A stretch of 63,790 nucleotides of DNA, the filler included, from Octopus bimaculoides (taxonomy: Eukaryota), in the NCBI RefSeq assembly GCF_001194135.2. It is 7 parts of 5 records of this genome, joined end to end, with 100 filler letters (N's around TTAATTAATTAA, not from the genome) between each part and the next. Parts side by side here need not be neighbours in the genome. Positions count along the whole stretch, not along the records: positions 18,098 to 44,852 come from NC_068981.1; 6 more parts are not named here. One strand, given 5' to 3'. The translations under genes and the position numbers were made by a program. This document shows, piece after piece, positions 25,872 to 39,339 of this stretch. Under the pieces are notes generated by a model. That model made no database searches. It saw only the letters and a list, made by a program, of their open reading frames with translations, and had not been told where the DNA came from. Within the stretch, counting starts at the first letter, position 1, and each line of letters starts with the position of its first letter.

Positions 25872-26345
25872 TCATCATCATCATCATCATCGTTTAACGT
25901 CCGCTTTCCATGCTAGCATGGGTTGGATGATTTGACTGAGGACTGGCAAGCCAGCAGGCTGCACGAGGCTCCAATCTGATCTGGCAGAGTTTCTACAGCT
26001 GGATGCCCTTCTTAACGCCAACCACTCCGAGAGTGTAGTGGGTGCTTTTACGTGCTATCAGCACGAGGGCCAGTCACACGGTACTGGCAACGGCCTCGCT
26101 CAAAAGGTGTTTTTTTTACGTGCCACCTGCACGGGAGCCAGTCCAGTGGCACTGGCAACAACCTCGCTCGAATGATTTTCTAAATGTGCCACCAGCACAA
26201 GTGCTAGAAGGCGACGCTGGTAATGATTACGCTCAAATGGTGCTATTTACGGGCCACTAGCACGGAAGCAAGACAGCTGCTCTGGCAATGAACACGCTCG
26301 GACAGTGATGTTAGTGCTCCACTGGCGCAGGTGCCAGTCATCGAA
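25872..26345 (-). mobile_element. Short element made of the RTE LINE 3' tail, ending in (GAT)n
   Basis: Shares the GTGCCAC..GCACG..GCCAGTC..GGCACTGGCAAC repeats with 18097-18290. The terminal TTGG.GTTA.GAAGGGCATCCAGCTGTAGAAAC..AACGATGATGATG recurs at 27205-27400, 30085-30238, 30725-30887 and 41755-42075. Confidence 0.8.
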
Positions 26346-27172
26346 TATGGTTCGATTTCGATTTTGATTTTATTATTATTATTTATGTCAGAAGAAACAA
26401 TACTGCAAATAACTAATCTTTTTAATCAATCAAAATGGCTCATAAGACAAGTACTTATCCATGACTTTCATTTATTTGTGTGCTCAATGTCCATTTTGCA
26501 TGTTAGCATGCAACTTGGGCTGAGGACATATTTGAGGCAGGGTTTTTATGATTGGATGTTCTTCCTCTTGATGGACCTTATGTGATTTTTTTTTTCAACT
26601 TAGGGATTTTATTTTTATTCCACAGTTCTTTGAACACACAAAATGACCACTCTTACTGTCAACAAGGAAAGGAAACATCATAATCACTGTTTTACTTGGC
26701 CAGTGTCAAGCGTGGCTGTAGAATGTCAATATTTGTGCACAAATGAACACACCATACATACGTACATCTATATACATACATATATACATATATGCATGTA
26801 CAAAAGTTATGGAATGGAGTATGTAAGATCCAGGTTACATATGTTTCATAGTGGGCAGAATTGTTCGAAGCTAACCTTCTTCCTACACCTCAATCCCTGG
26901 ATCTTACATTATATATTATAGACAACATGAGATAACAAAGCCAAGGCTGCGAGGAGTTTTCAGGACATTTATAAGGAAAAAAGATATAGATATAGTCTTG
27001 CAGCTGTTTCTGGGATATCATGGATATTGCTTCATCAGAGACGATGTGAGATGGTTTAATAGAGGTGAATATTTGAGTTCGAAATAAGGAATTATTATGG
27101 AAAAGGAATCAATAGGGAATATAGAGGGAAATAAGAGAATGAAAGTAGAAGTAAAATATAAAATATTGTAGC

Positions 27173-27211
<39 letters not shown>

Positions 27212-29739
27212 TCATCATCATCATCCTTTAACATCCATTTTCCATGCTGGCATGGGTTGAACAGTTAGATCAGAGCTGGCAAGTCAGAGAGCTGTGCCAG
27301 GTTCCAGTCTGATTTGGCTTCGTTTCTATGTCTGAATGCTCTTCCTAATGCCAACCATTTTATAGACTGTGCTGAGTGCTTTTTACATGATACACACACA
27401 CTCATATGTGTGTTTGTGCATGAGACATACATATCCATATAGTTTCTGTTAACCAAATTCACTTGCAAATCTTTGGTAGGCCTGAAGCTATAGCAGAAGA
27501 CACAATGGGAATGAACCCAGATCCATGTGGTTGCAATGCAAACTTATAACCACAGAGCCCTGTCTGCTTCTGTAGCATTAAACGGAGGGATAATTCTTCA
27601 ATGGATAGAATGTTGGCCTTTCATAGATAACATTTTTCTGACAGAAGAACTGAACTCAGTACTGCATGCAAGTGAAAAACTCATTGATTCCTTAGTGCTG
27701 CCATTGCTTACAGCACAAGTTATTCCTCTTCCTATTCCTGCTGCCTGTTTATGGGTAAACGAACTTAGCTGAGTATCCTGATGGATGCAGGTAAGAGAGA
27801 AGAGTGAGGAGCAGGTGGTTTTAAACACAATGACATTATGAAAGCATGGGTAACAGAGATAAATAAATGCATGCTGCATCTTTATTTATTTAAAAAGTAA
27901 CATATATATATTTTGAAAATCAATTCAGAAAAATAAGTTCTGTTGTGAAAGCAAAAACGACTTTTTGAATGTTGAAATAAGATAAATTTGGTTTGCATTG
28001 CTTATCTCTTAACTCAGAACTTTATCTCATTATTCATTTATCACTTAGCAGTATTTTACTCTTATTTTTGTTTTTTAATCTGAATACGTCTTTCTATTGT
28101 TGTTATTGATGCAGCATTTGTTATTAATGTTGGTTTTTATAGAAAGTAGTTAATTTAATGTTTACACAACTTATGTAAAAAGCTTTATTCTTCTCTGCTC
28201 TTCTTCAATACAAGCAGAAATACACAAATATCACATACACATGCACAAATAACATGTACATGCACAAATAGTATGTACATATATACACATACATACACAA
28301 GTGCGTGAACTCTTCTGTAGTAGTTCAGATTCTAACATAAAGACTACAGTAATCTGTGTACTTAACATAATTTTCTCCATTGTTGTTGTTGGATGGTTGG
28401 AACACAAAGCAAAGAGGTAGTGGTGGTGGTGGTGGCGACAGGTTTAGTTTAATAATGGTACCAAGTTGAGAGAAGTGATATAATGGCTATATATGTGTCA
28501 GCAGATGTATCAGTGCCAGCTCACCAGTCCTGATGAATCAGCAGTGATACAATAACTCCAGGCATGGCAGTAGTGCCACCACATCTATAAGCTGAGGCCT
28601 GCTAACTCCAGATATACCAATAACAACAGTGCATAACATACAGCTAATATAACAGCACACAAATCAACAGTTACATAGTTTGGAGCTCAGTTCGACTGCA
28701 TAGCACCTTGTACAAGTGGTGTCTTCTACAATAGCCCTGGATTGACCAAAGTCTTGTGAGTGGATTTGGTAGATGGAAACTGAAAGAAGCCTATCGTGTG
28801 TGAGTGTGTGTGTACTTGTGTCTAAGTGTGTCTATGTTTATATCACCTTGTCTTGATGTTGCATGATTGTTGTAAATGACTACCATTCCTTTCCAACTTT
28901 CTGTACAACTCATACAAGCAAAAAAAAAAAAAAGTAGACAGTAAAACAATGATGATAATATAACAAATTCAGAAGTGTCAACTGAGACACCAAATGTATC
29001 AGAAATGACTTGCTGACTTCAAATATGCAAGCAGTATCTACCACTTGTAGACCTGTATGTGTGAACAGTGATGCACTGGCTTCAGCTGATTCACCAGTCA
29101 TATATGAAAAAGATTAAATGGGATATTTGAGTGACTGAGAAACCCATAAAAATTTGTTCAGTCTTGTGTCATATCACTTATTAATGACCTGTATGAGAAC
29201 TGTATTTCGTTATGCAACCATAATATATTACAAAGTACATTAAAAGCTTTTATAAGTGAATACTGTATTAGAAATGCTATCAAATCATCGTGTTAAAGAG
29301 TATTGAAAAGACTGACATAAATACCCACGGGCATGATTTATATATAAGAATATGAAAGGTTCCACAACATTTTGTTTTATTCAAGAATTTCGTTAAAGTG
29401 AATATAACGAATTAGCCTGACAGCCATATTTCTCCAATGTAAAACAAGAGTGAGGATAGTTTACAAATATAGTCTGCACCAGCATGAAAAAGTAAAATGT
29501 GAAACACGATACTTTTCAGATAACTGAGGATTGTGGGGAAAGTAATCTGAGTTTGCTTGGATTGGCCTAACTTCATGATCCTACATGAGGGCAGCAGACC
29601 AACATCTCATGTCCATACAGAGCAGGTCAACAAAGTTTTCCTCTGGACTACCATTCCATGCATATAGGTATAAGGGATGTCTGGAGTGTATCACTAATGA
29701 GTTATCATATAACTCTCTAGTAATATTTTGCAAAATGCA

Positions 29740-29770
<31 letters not shown>

Positions 29771-29874
29771 AATATCACAGTTTCTCCACAAGGAGTATTA
29801 TGTAGCTATGTCTATGTTTTTAGTCCACATGCGATATTTCTCATTAAACATAATCAAAACAAAACAATACTTAC

Positions 29875-29964
29875 TGTCTTTTGGTCCACATTAACACCAG
29901 GCTTCCCACACAATAATTTAACAACATCTGGTTTGCCATGTTTTGCTGCCCAATGAAGTGCAGT
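29875..29964 (-). CDS. sowah: Ankyrin-repeat exon, sosondowah (SOWAH)-like protein
   Basis: Minus strand AATTTTCTTTGTAG|90 nt|GTAAGTA, phase 0/0, translating TALHWAAKHGKPDVVKLLCGKPGVNVDQKT. This is an ankyrin consensus (TxLHxAA..G..V+KLL...+VN). TALHWAAKHG is recalled as typical of Sowah-family proteins, so the family call needs BLAST confirmation. Confidence 0.8.
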
Positions 29965-30533
29965 CTACAAAGAAAATTATTTAGATTTGTAAGCACAAAC
30001 TGAAAATAAGTCACATAATAGATTACTGTTATCATCAATATTGTTATTTATTATAAATAATTTTAATTCATTTTAATTCACTACACTCTCGGTGGTTGGC
30101 GTTAGGAAGGGCATCCAGCTGTAGAAACTGTGCCAAATCAGATTGGAGCCTGGTGTTGCCATCTGGTTCACCAGTCCTCAGTCAAATCGTCCAACCCATG
30201 CTAGCATGGAAAGAGGATGTTGAACGATGATGATGTTTGTGAGCATCTTATGCTGTGTTATCACCCTAGATGAATCGTCACAGAAATGTTTCAATAAAAC
30301 ATGCAAAAATATTTATAAAAAATACACAAAAATAAAATATCAGCAAAAGTATATATGTGAAATAAGTATGATCAAAAGTTCAATTCTAGTAGAAGCTTAC
30401 AACATCTACTCCAACTTGAGGAAATAAATGGCAGTCCCATGTCATAGCTCCAAAAGAGAACATGTCTGACCTGACTAATTATCCAACAACGGCCCTCTCT
30501 GTAATCACCTCAAGGGCTATTAGGATACTTCAA

Positions 30534-30916
30534 CCCTTTAACATTTAAACTGGCCTTATCTGGCCCAGACAATCTATCTGTTTCATGTTCAAACTGGCCA
30601 TGTCTAGCTTCTCAAACCTACCCTGCAACATCATTGTAAAATTAAACAATGCAATGACATCAATGAAATCTCAAAGCTGTGAGAAAATGCATGATTAATT
30701 CAAAACAAAGTAAATGAATAAGCACCAACCACTCTTGGAGTGGTAGGCATTAGGAGGGTTATCCAACTGTAGAAATGATGCCAAATCAGATTGGAACCTG
30801 GTGCAGCTCCCCAGCTTACCAGGTTTCAGTCAAACCATCTAACCCATGCCAACATGAAAAACAGATGTTAAATGATGACGATGATGATTTGACAGAGTAA
30901 TCTGAATGCTAAAGGG
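30534..30916. mobile_element. piggyBac-type MITE (CCCTTTA.CATT...AATGCTAAAGGG, TTAA target) interrupted by an RTE-tail insertion at about 30725-30887
   Basis: Terminal inverted repeats, right flank TTAA and left flank TCAA. A truncated sister copy lies at about 42420-42590. Confidence 0.65.
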
Positions 30917-32099
30917 TTAATGAAGGGAGTCCAACAAAGTCGCTTGACCTACTAGAAATAGCAGCTAAATCCTCTTCAAATCACTCTACTGATTTAAATA
31001 AAGAAGGATACATTGAATAATGTAGTCTGTTATATACAGAAAAACAGGATGATCATGGCTGGAACAACTTTGATCATAGGTCTTGCTCACCCAGAGCTGA
31101 CCTGCAGGAGTAAACAGCATCAACAATCGACTTTATGGTCTTTAATCCCTTTTCCTTTTCAGTGCTACTTCCAAAGAGTCATAACTACTTTGAACTTGTC
31201 TCCCTACATCACACATCAGTGGTCTCTCACTCTTGACAACCTCCAGCAAAGCTTTTAAACACGTCTGGTACATGCCACTTAAGTAATGTAATCTGCTAAA
31301 AAAAAAATAGACCACAAATTCATACTGATGAGTCAAATTCACTAGAATTGATCCCCAGTGCATAAGATGTTTGATAAATTATTGAAATCCTTTTTCGAAA
31401 GAAGGAAATACAGCAACAAGGTAAAAACTAGACCAGGTGATATAAATTCTAAATATAAAGGAATGAAAAGAAAATATCAGCTAACAAGCATTACCATTTC
31501 TGTTACTAAACCGCTTTTGTTAATAAATGGTACATGGAATAACTGGGAGAATTTTTAGCATGAGAACAATTACTGTAGCAATATGAAGGAAGGTGAGACA
31601 ATGGAAAAAATGAATATTGCAAAATGTGGTGATAGCTGTATTATGATCAAGAAACAAGAAAAATTTCGAGATATATCAGAATTTCAAATGTTAGGTTGCA
31701 ATGACACTGTCACTGAAGAAAATAGATGTAGAAAATGCAATGTCAAAAAATGTCTGTTTAATACAAACTATACAAATGTAAGACACTGAAGAGGTATTAG
31801 TGGTCAACAAAAGAACAATTATGAGAATAATCCAAAACTCATTGGAAAGTTTGTAAGAGAATTCTTTAAGTTTAATTGCTATGAAAGAGTGAAGAATCTA
31901 ACATTTAGGTGCCTTGTCCTTAATTAAAGACTGAGAGAGAGTGTATGTGTTGGTGGGTGTTATCATTTTGGCTATAAGCTAGCAGATAACACACATTCTA
32001 TAATATTTTAAACCCTTACATAAAAGACAAAGCTATGAGACCTTACATTTCTTCTACAAACTTCCATAGCGATGAGTGAAATACCACTAAGCATAATAA

Positions 32100-32695
32100 T
32101 AATCTTTACTATTATAGGCACAAGACCTGAAATTGGCTGGTACTTATTTCACCAACCCCAAAAGGATGAAAGGCAAAGTCAACCTCAGCAGAATTTGAAC
32201 TCAGAATGTAGAGATAGATGAAATACTGCTAAGCATTTTGCCTGGCATGCTAACGATTCTGCCAGCTTACTGCCTTAATAATAATCCTTTCTACTATAGG
32301 CACAAGATCTGGAGTTTGCAGGAAGGGGTACAGTCAATCACATTGACCCTAGTACTTAATTTATCGACCCTGAAAGGATGAAAAGCAAAGTTGACTCTGG
32401 TGGAATTTGAACTCAGAACATAGTGGCAGATGAAATACCACTAAACATTTCACCAGCTCACCACCTTAGTAACGATAATGATAATAATAATTCTTTCTAT
32501 TATAGGCACAAGGCCTGAAATTTTTGGGAAGGGGACTTGTCAATTACATTGACCCCAATGTTTCACTGGTACTTAATTTATTGACCCCGAAAGGATGAAA
32601 GGCAATGTTGACCTTGGCAGATTTTGAACTCAGATTATAGCAACAGCCGAAATACTGCTAAGCATTTCGCCCTGCATACTAACGGATAATAATAA
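32100..32695 (-). mobile_element. Three head-to-tail SINE family B copies separated by (TAA)n
   Basis: Three repeats of ..ATAGGCACAAG..GAAAGGATGAAA.GCAA.GT..ACC...GAAT(T)TGAACTCAGA..GAAATAC..CTAA, each bounded by TAATAAT. Confidence 0.8.
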
Positions 32696-34524
32696 TAATT
32701 TCATCTGCCAAAGGACATTGTATGGATACAGAACAATTGACAGAAATGCATGTTGATGGTCGTGGTGGTGGTGGTGGTGGTGAAGGGCCAGATTTGTGCC
32801 TCTGTATTTTTAGTTTCAAATAAAGCTAGTATTGATTTAATGAGTCACCTTTCTAGTATTGATACATTAAATACCAGCAAAATAATGGATGTTGATTGAT
32901 TTAATCAATCAAACCCATCTCCCTACAAAGAAAAAAAAAAAAAAAAAAAAAGAAAGAAAAAAAATAGCTGCATAAAAAAAAAAGAAAAAAAGGTAACATA
33001 AGCAAAAATTTACTTGATTTTTGCTGATTGTTTAGTTTAGTTTTCCTTGTTGCAGCAGCAGCTGCTCTTTTATATATTTATTATTCTTTTGTTTCCCCAT
33101 CACCCATTGATTTGCAGTGTAATCTATCTCGTTAGCATGCAGCAACCAATTAACAAATAATATATGAGAAAACACTAGACTACCAGAACTGAACTGGTTG
33201 ATGGTATTTTTATTGTATTTACCTTTTTTTTTTTTTTTCCTTCCTTACTAACACAAATAGGCACACAGAAACATCAGTGTTTGTAAAACAGTAGAAAATA
33301 CTCAACCTAGATGGTAGTGGTGATGGGGATGGTGGCAGTGAAGGTGGAGGTGATGACAATGATGAAAATTACCTATCTTTAAAAACAGAAGTTTAAGTGC
33401 ATGTGTGTGTGTATGCACACATGCAAATATGTTTCGTGTGTGTGTTTGTGTGTTTATATATATTTATATACATATATATGCACGCATATTCATACATAGA
33501 ATTGGAAGGACATATGGATATTTGAATGTATTTATTTACACATACACACATGCATGCACACAACATTACAAATAATTACATATACATACACATACTCCCA
33601 TTCATGTCACCCACTTGCACATGCATACACCCAACCCCTGCCCATAAACAAATCACAAAAGTAATTGTTTTAAAAAAGAAACAAAGTGAGGAAAGAACAT
33701 GAGGGAAGTGGTCTCAGAAAAAGAAACAAAAACCAAAAAAAAAAAAAACATGTATAAAAGTGTAAATACAGGGGAAGAAAAATAGAAGAGAGGAATAGAG
33801 AGAGAGAGAGAGAGAGAAAGAGAGGGATTGTGTGTGTGTGTGTGTGTGTAAAATGAAGATGAGTATAGACATGAAGCAAACACTCTGTGGTAGGTCTTTT
33901 CAACAACGGGATCCCCATTCCACTATCACCCATTCCTGTATTGCTGCCACATCTCTGAGTTCTTTCACTGCATCACCACCGACATTACTTCGCACAATAT
34001 TCAAATGTATATTATAAGAAAAAAGAAAAAAAAAAATGAGGGCCACTAATGGTCACTAATCTTACTAAAGATAGCAAATGAATTAATGTGAAATCTCAAC
34101 TTATCCTCTCGAAAAGCATAGATATTTTGGATAATATAGTCCGAGATACACTGTGTGAAAATATGATGGGATGACCTGGTCACTACTGGTTGGAATGCTT
34201 AAAACCATAGTAAGATCTAATCAGGCTTTACTTAGGGGCTAAATAACATTCTTGCCATTGAGCTGGTACTTGATCCTTCATGCATTAAATATTAGTTTCA
34301 AATTTTGGCACAAGGTCAGTGATTTCAGGGGAGGGGATAAGACGATTACATCAACCCCAGTATTCAACTGGCACTTATATTATCAACCCTGAAGGGATGA
34401 AAGGGAAAGTCAAACTCAGCAGAATTTGAACTCAGAATGTAAAGACGGACAAGATGCCACTAAGCAGTTTGTCCAGCATGCTAACGATTCTGGCAGCTAG
34501 CCGTCTTTCATCCATTGACTAGAA

Positions 34525-34740
34525 ACCCTTTTGATCCCAATGCACTTGAGACTAATTCTATGATACAAACTTCTTGTTTTAAAATCAACTAAATTCAAAT
34601 AGCCCATCAAAATTCTATGTTAATTTATGTTCCAGCTACCAACTTAAAAGAAAGAAAATTATTAAAAAAAAATTATTATTTTCAAAATTAATTGAAACAA
34701 TGGTAATGTGTATCAACATAATTTGGTAACAAAAGGGTTA
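34525..34740. mobile_element. Second piggyBac-type MITE
   Basis: AACCCTTTTG... at the left end and ...CAAAAGGGTT at the right end form terminal inverted repeats. Confidence 0.45.
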
Positions 34741-35459
34741 GTTTTGTGTTAAAATTTGTTTCATTGTTCTTGGATTGCTTCTTTATTGTTGGAATAGATT
34801 GATGAAATTACTGTGGTAAAAGTTGATAAACCTTGTTCTGAAATATTATTTTGGAAAAGAAAAGTGTGTCATATAAACTATCATATATCTATTTGTGATT
34901 ACATGACATATAAAACAGCAGTAAAGGCATGTGGCATGAAAAGTAAAGTTTTTCTCTGCTACCAAATCATATTTAATTGTGAAGAGGTGAAAGAGACAAA
35001 GGATGAGAAAGAGACACCATATTAGTGTTATAAATAAGAATCAATAAAGTTAATCTTTCAACACACGTATCCACATCAAGAATCTTGCACACAAAATACA
35101 CATATGAAATAGAATAAAGTTAATATTTTGTGAATGATCATTCTTTGATTTGCATTACTTGATTATACCACCTATCACTTTCCTGCATAGACTTTGGGGA
35201 GATTGGCAGGAAAACACCCTTTTTCTATAGAGAACTGGTTGAAGGATTTTTGCTGGACGGTCAACCAATATGTATCCATATCAGGATCTCCAGAAGAATG
35301 TATCATGAATGAGTTCTTGCTTCTTTTCATTAGTACTGAGTATCTTGATTGTTATCAGAGAATAACTGGTATTTAAAATGGCCATGTTAAAGAGAGCTAT
35401 CAGTTAAGGTTAAGAAATACAATAAATTGATACTATATTTAAATCTCTCTCCCTCTCAT

Positions 35460-35493
<34 letters not shown>

Positions 35494-36736
35494 TTGTATG
35501 TTGTGCAAGTTTAGTGTAAATAAATAGCAAATGCACTGCTTGAACCAGTTTTAATTTCTGGATAAAACAACTTCACTTAGTTCAAAGAAGATCTAGGAAA
35601 ATTTAACTTAATTTAGTGAGGTTCCCCAAGAAAAGAAAGAATGAAATGCTAAATCAGTCTTGTGCTCACTCATATCCAAGAGGAACACTTCTTTCCCTTC
35701 TTTTTAAAAAAGAGATCTGATTATGAATCCTTTAATCTTAAAATAAATGTAAAAAGAAGAATAAAAAATATGTAAGAAATAGTAATTTTCTTATTTATTT
35801 AGAGAACCTATTGCCAATTATATAAATTTCATTTCTGATTAATGTGTAAAAAAACAAAAAACAAACAAACAAAAAAAGTGACATTGGCATGAGTATTGTT
35901 ATGAAGTGAGCAAGTCTTCAAACTCTTCATTGAAGGTTGGCATTAGCAGCAGCTGGGGAGCTGAAGTTGGCTACAAAAAGAAAGTGAGGGGAGGAATGAG
36001 GGAACTGGTATTAACAGTTGAGTGAAAATATGTGTGTGTGTGTGGACAGGAGAACAATATATCAGGAGCTGTTCTCTTGCTACATAAATAATCAATTTAA
36101 ATAAATAATCAGAATGATGTCTGAAATTTAAAAAAAGGAAAGAAAAATAATATGATGAAGCCAGGATGATAAAGCTCCCTTCTTGCCTGTAACAATGGAT
36201 GTTGTATGAATAAAATATTTAACCTCAACCCAACTGCTGCCATTTTAACACAGCTTTTGACTTGCCCTGTTCTTTAGTTTTTCACTGTATATGGACACAT
36301 TAAAATAGATTTAATTTTACAACTACAACTATTTCTAAGTATTAAGTTGTCTGTACCTTTGGATTTATTGCAACTAACCCACTGCCAAATATGAAGTGGG
36401 GGCAATGATGAAAGAAAATCCAAAATAAAAAAAGAAAAGCAACATTAATGAAAGTTAATATATATAAATATAACTAAATTAAAAATATAAATGAATAAGT
36501 TGTGAAGAAATTCAAATGAGTATTATTTATTACAGAGGTGGGAGGCTGGAAAACAAAACAAACCCCTGCAAAGTAGGAAACACCTTACATTTAGCCATTT
36601 ACCATGTCAGTTGGGTATAATGGGGTGTTGTTGTGATGGACATCCAACTAACAATAGGAAAGAAGAAAGTGAGAGAAGACACCTTTCTGAAAGGTCTCAA
36701 TAGTCTTTGTGAATTACTCAGGCTCATGACATGCAG

Positions 36737-36790
<54 letters not shown>

Positions 36791-37394
36791 NNNNNNNNNN
36801 NNNNNNNNNNNNNNNNNNNNNNNNNNNNNNNNNNNNNNNNNNNNNNNNNNNNNNNNNNNNNNNNNNNNNNNNNNNNNNNNNNNNNNNNNNNNNNNNNNNN
36901 NNNNNNNNNNNNNNNNNNNNNNNNNNNNNNNNNNNNNNNNNNNNNNNNNNNNNNNNNNNNNNNNNNNNNNNNNNNNNNNNNNNNNNNNNNNNNNNNNNNN
37001 NNNNNNNNNNNNNNNNNNNNNNNNNNNNNNNNNNNNNNNNNNNNNNNNNNNNNNNNNNNNNNNNNNNNNNNNNNNNNNNNNNNNNNNNNNNNNNNNNNNN
37101 NNNNNNNNNNNNNNNNNNNNNNNNNNNNNNNNNNNNNNNNNNNNNNNNNNNNNNNNNNNNNNNNNNNNNNNNNNNNNNNNNNNNNNNNNNNNNNNNNNNN
37201 NNNNNNNNNNNNNNNNNNNNNNNNNNNNNNNNNNNNNNNNNNNNNNNNNNNNNNNNNNNNNNNNNNNNNNNNNNNNNNNNNNNNNNNAATATTAGGGATA
37301 AAATCCAAAATTACAGGTAAAAACTCAATTAAAATCAATTCTCTAATACTATATATATGAGTGTGCATCCTGAGTGTTTGTCTCCTTTTCAATT

Positions 37395-37426
<32 letters not shown>

Positions 37427-37850
37427 CAACCACAATGATAACTAAATTTCCCAAGCAAAAATAAGAGCAATACTTTTAAAGTCAATGCCTACCACATTGC
37501 TTATCACTTTATAGCCATCGGAAATAAGGGTTGACCTTAAATGAAAAGACTTGGTTGAGAGACAATCTTTCAGAAGTCTGAAAGCCTTGTTATAGATAGC
37601 CAAATAGACAGAGAAGTAAAGAAAAGAATGGAGTGTGAGTTTACTACAGCAAAAGAAAGCCATGGTAGGTATAACTGCTGTGGTATCAATTCATTAAACA
37701 TTTGGCAATACAAAGAAAAGGTAACTCATGTACCTCATTCAACAGAGAGTCTATGCAAATGATGGCGTGTTGCTCACCACATTACAAACCAGACAAGAAA
37801 ATGGCAATCCAGCATGCTAGGTCTGTGGCTGGTGTGTAGATCAGTTGCTA

Positions 37851-37919
37851 CCGAACAATATAGCAATACAATGAAGCCGAACAATATAGCAATACAATGA
37901 AGCCGAACAATATAGCAAT
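37851..37919. repeat. 26-bp minisatellite, about 2.7 perfect units (CCGAACAATATAGCAATACAATGAAG)
   Basis: Directly visible. Confidence 0.9.
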
Positions 37920-39339
37920 CCCAAACAAAACTGGTACTGTCATGTTCTAGACCTGTGTAGGGTACAATGAAGGTAACAACTACTATTATTTAAATGAGAT
38001 CCAAAAAGTATAAGAGTAATATTTAGTAGTAAATCATCTCCCATCTCCTTATAAATCAACACTGTATTAATTCCTCTTGCGTTTGTTCAGCTCATTCACA
38101 ATTTGCACCAGGTTCTCACCACTGATTCGGATGACCATGAAGATTAGGCTCAGCAAGCAGACAGGTGCCCTACCATGAGGAACTTCCAGTAGCCTACTTG
38201 TTCTTTGTTTTGTTCTTTTAGACTGGGGCCCAGACTTTTGCATCTTTTACTGGTTTTATTTTCCTAAACAGTTTCCATCCCATCCTTCTCTATGTTCTAT
38301 CTCCTCCTCAACAATATCTCAAGATGATGGAAAACAACTGCTGCTTGGTAACTCTGGCCAGTTCAGTGCTTGAGGCGTGTATACCTTGTCCTTTCTCTGC
38401 TCTACCTCATCCGCCATTGGCATGAGTAGCACTGAGGACAACATAATTCTACTTGACTTTGCTTCTACTCCAGTTATTCTCAGAGCTGTGATTAGTGAGG
38501 CTCTGGAAACATTATTAGCAGCATCTATGGTCTTCACTGCTGGGGTCTGCTGCTGTTGTTTCTACCCTCTTAATTTTTCTCTCCTTCTGGGCAGAAGGCC
38601 CTTAAGAGGTCTTTACTACTAAACATGTAGCGATTGGGCCTTATGTCCTGCTCCACCAGTCAAATTGACTGCCTCTTTACTTCCTCAATGAGATACAGCT
38701 TCACAAGAGCATTGTGGTGAAAATCTAAAGGTCTATGCAGATCATACCCAATATGTTAATGTAAGTCCCCTCCATGTTCCCAGCAGTTGCAACTGGACCA
38801 GACCAACGCATCAAACAAAAGGAAAGATACTAAATGCAATTTTACAATCCATGATGATGATGATAGCAGACATATTCTTGTGACAAAGTGCAGAAATAAC
38901 GAAGAAAATATATCGTAGTAGTGCTGTCATAGAAGTCGTCAGAAGTAATGTAATCTAATAGATAAATTTTAACATAGACATACACAGTGAGTGCAATAGA
39001 AATAGAAGCTTTTAGTGAGCTAAGACCCAAGCATGGTCTTGATTTCAAATTGTGGCCATTTCAGTTCAGTTGTATCAGTGCTAATGCTCAGTAGAGAAAC
39101 ATGGACATGACAAAATCTCACTTCTTTCTTTATAAATCTGAGACTTTGTAAAAAGAAACAAGTCAAAACATCATCAGTGCATCATGTGGTACATGACAGA
39201 CAAAGGGGTTTTCAGAAATTTATAAATAGTCGGAGGTCCTTATGAGAAGGGGTTGTTTACCACTATTAATCAATACAGAATAGAATCAACCAATCATGGA
39301 AGTTGGACAGTGTCTCTTAACAAGTGGTAGTTGTGACAG

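Noticed and set aside
27575-27879. Overlapping ORFs on both strands with splice-like signals (CAG|GTAAGA at 27790)
   Set aside because: Plus-strand frames stop before the donor, and the minus frame has no recognisable motif. It cannot be supported as an exon.
29610-29700. Minus frame YTPDIPYTYMHG, superficially like YTPLHLAAMHG
   Set aside because: Wrong spacing, lacks LH, is preceded by an in-frame stop and has no acceptor.
33883-34017. Coding-looking minus frame ..NVGGDAVKELRDVAAIQEWVIVEWGSRC*
   Set aside because: No AG close to the pyrimidine tract and no recognisable homology.
37851-37919. Repeat units as a possible CRISPR array
   Set aside because: The units are contiguous with no spacers, the context is eukaryotic and there are no cas genes.
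37440-39050. Broken minus-strand frames resembling LINE ORF1, endonuclease or RT
   Set aside because: Too degraded to assign. Probably an old retroelement, but no diagnostic motif is intact.
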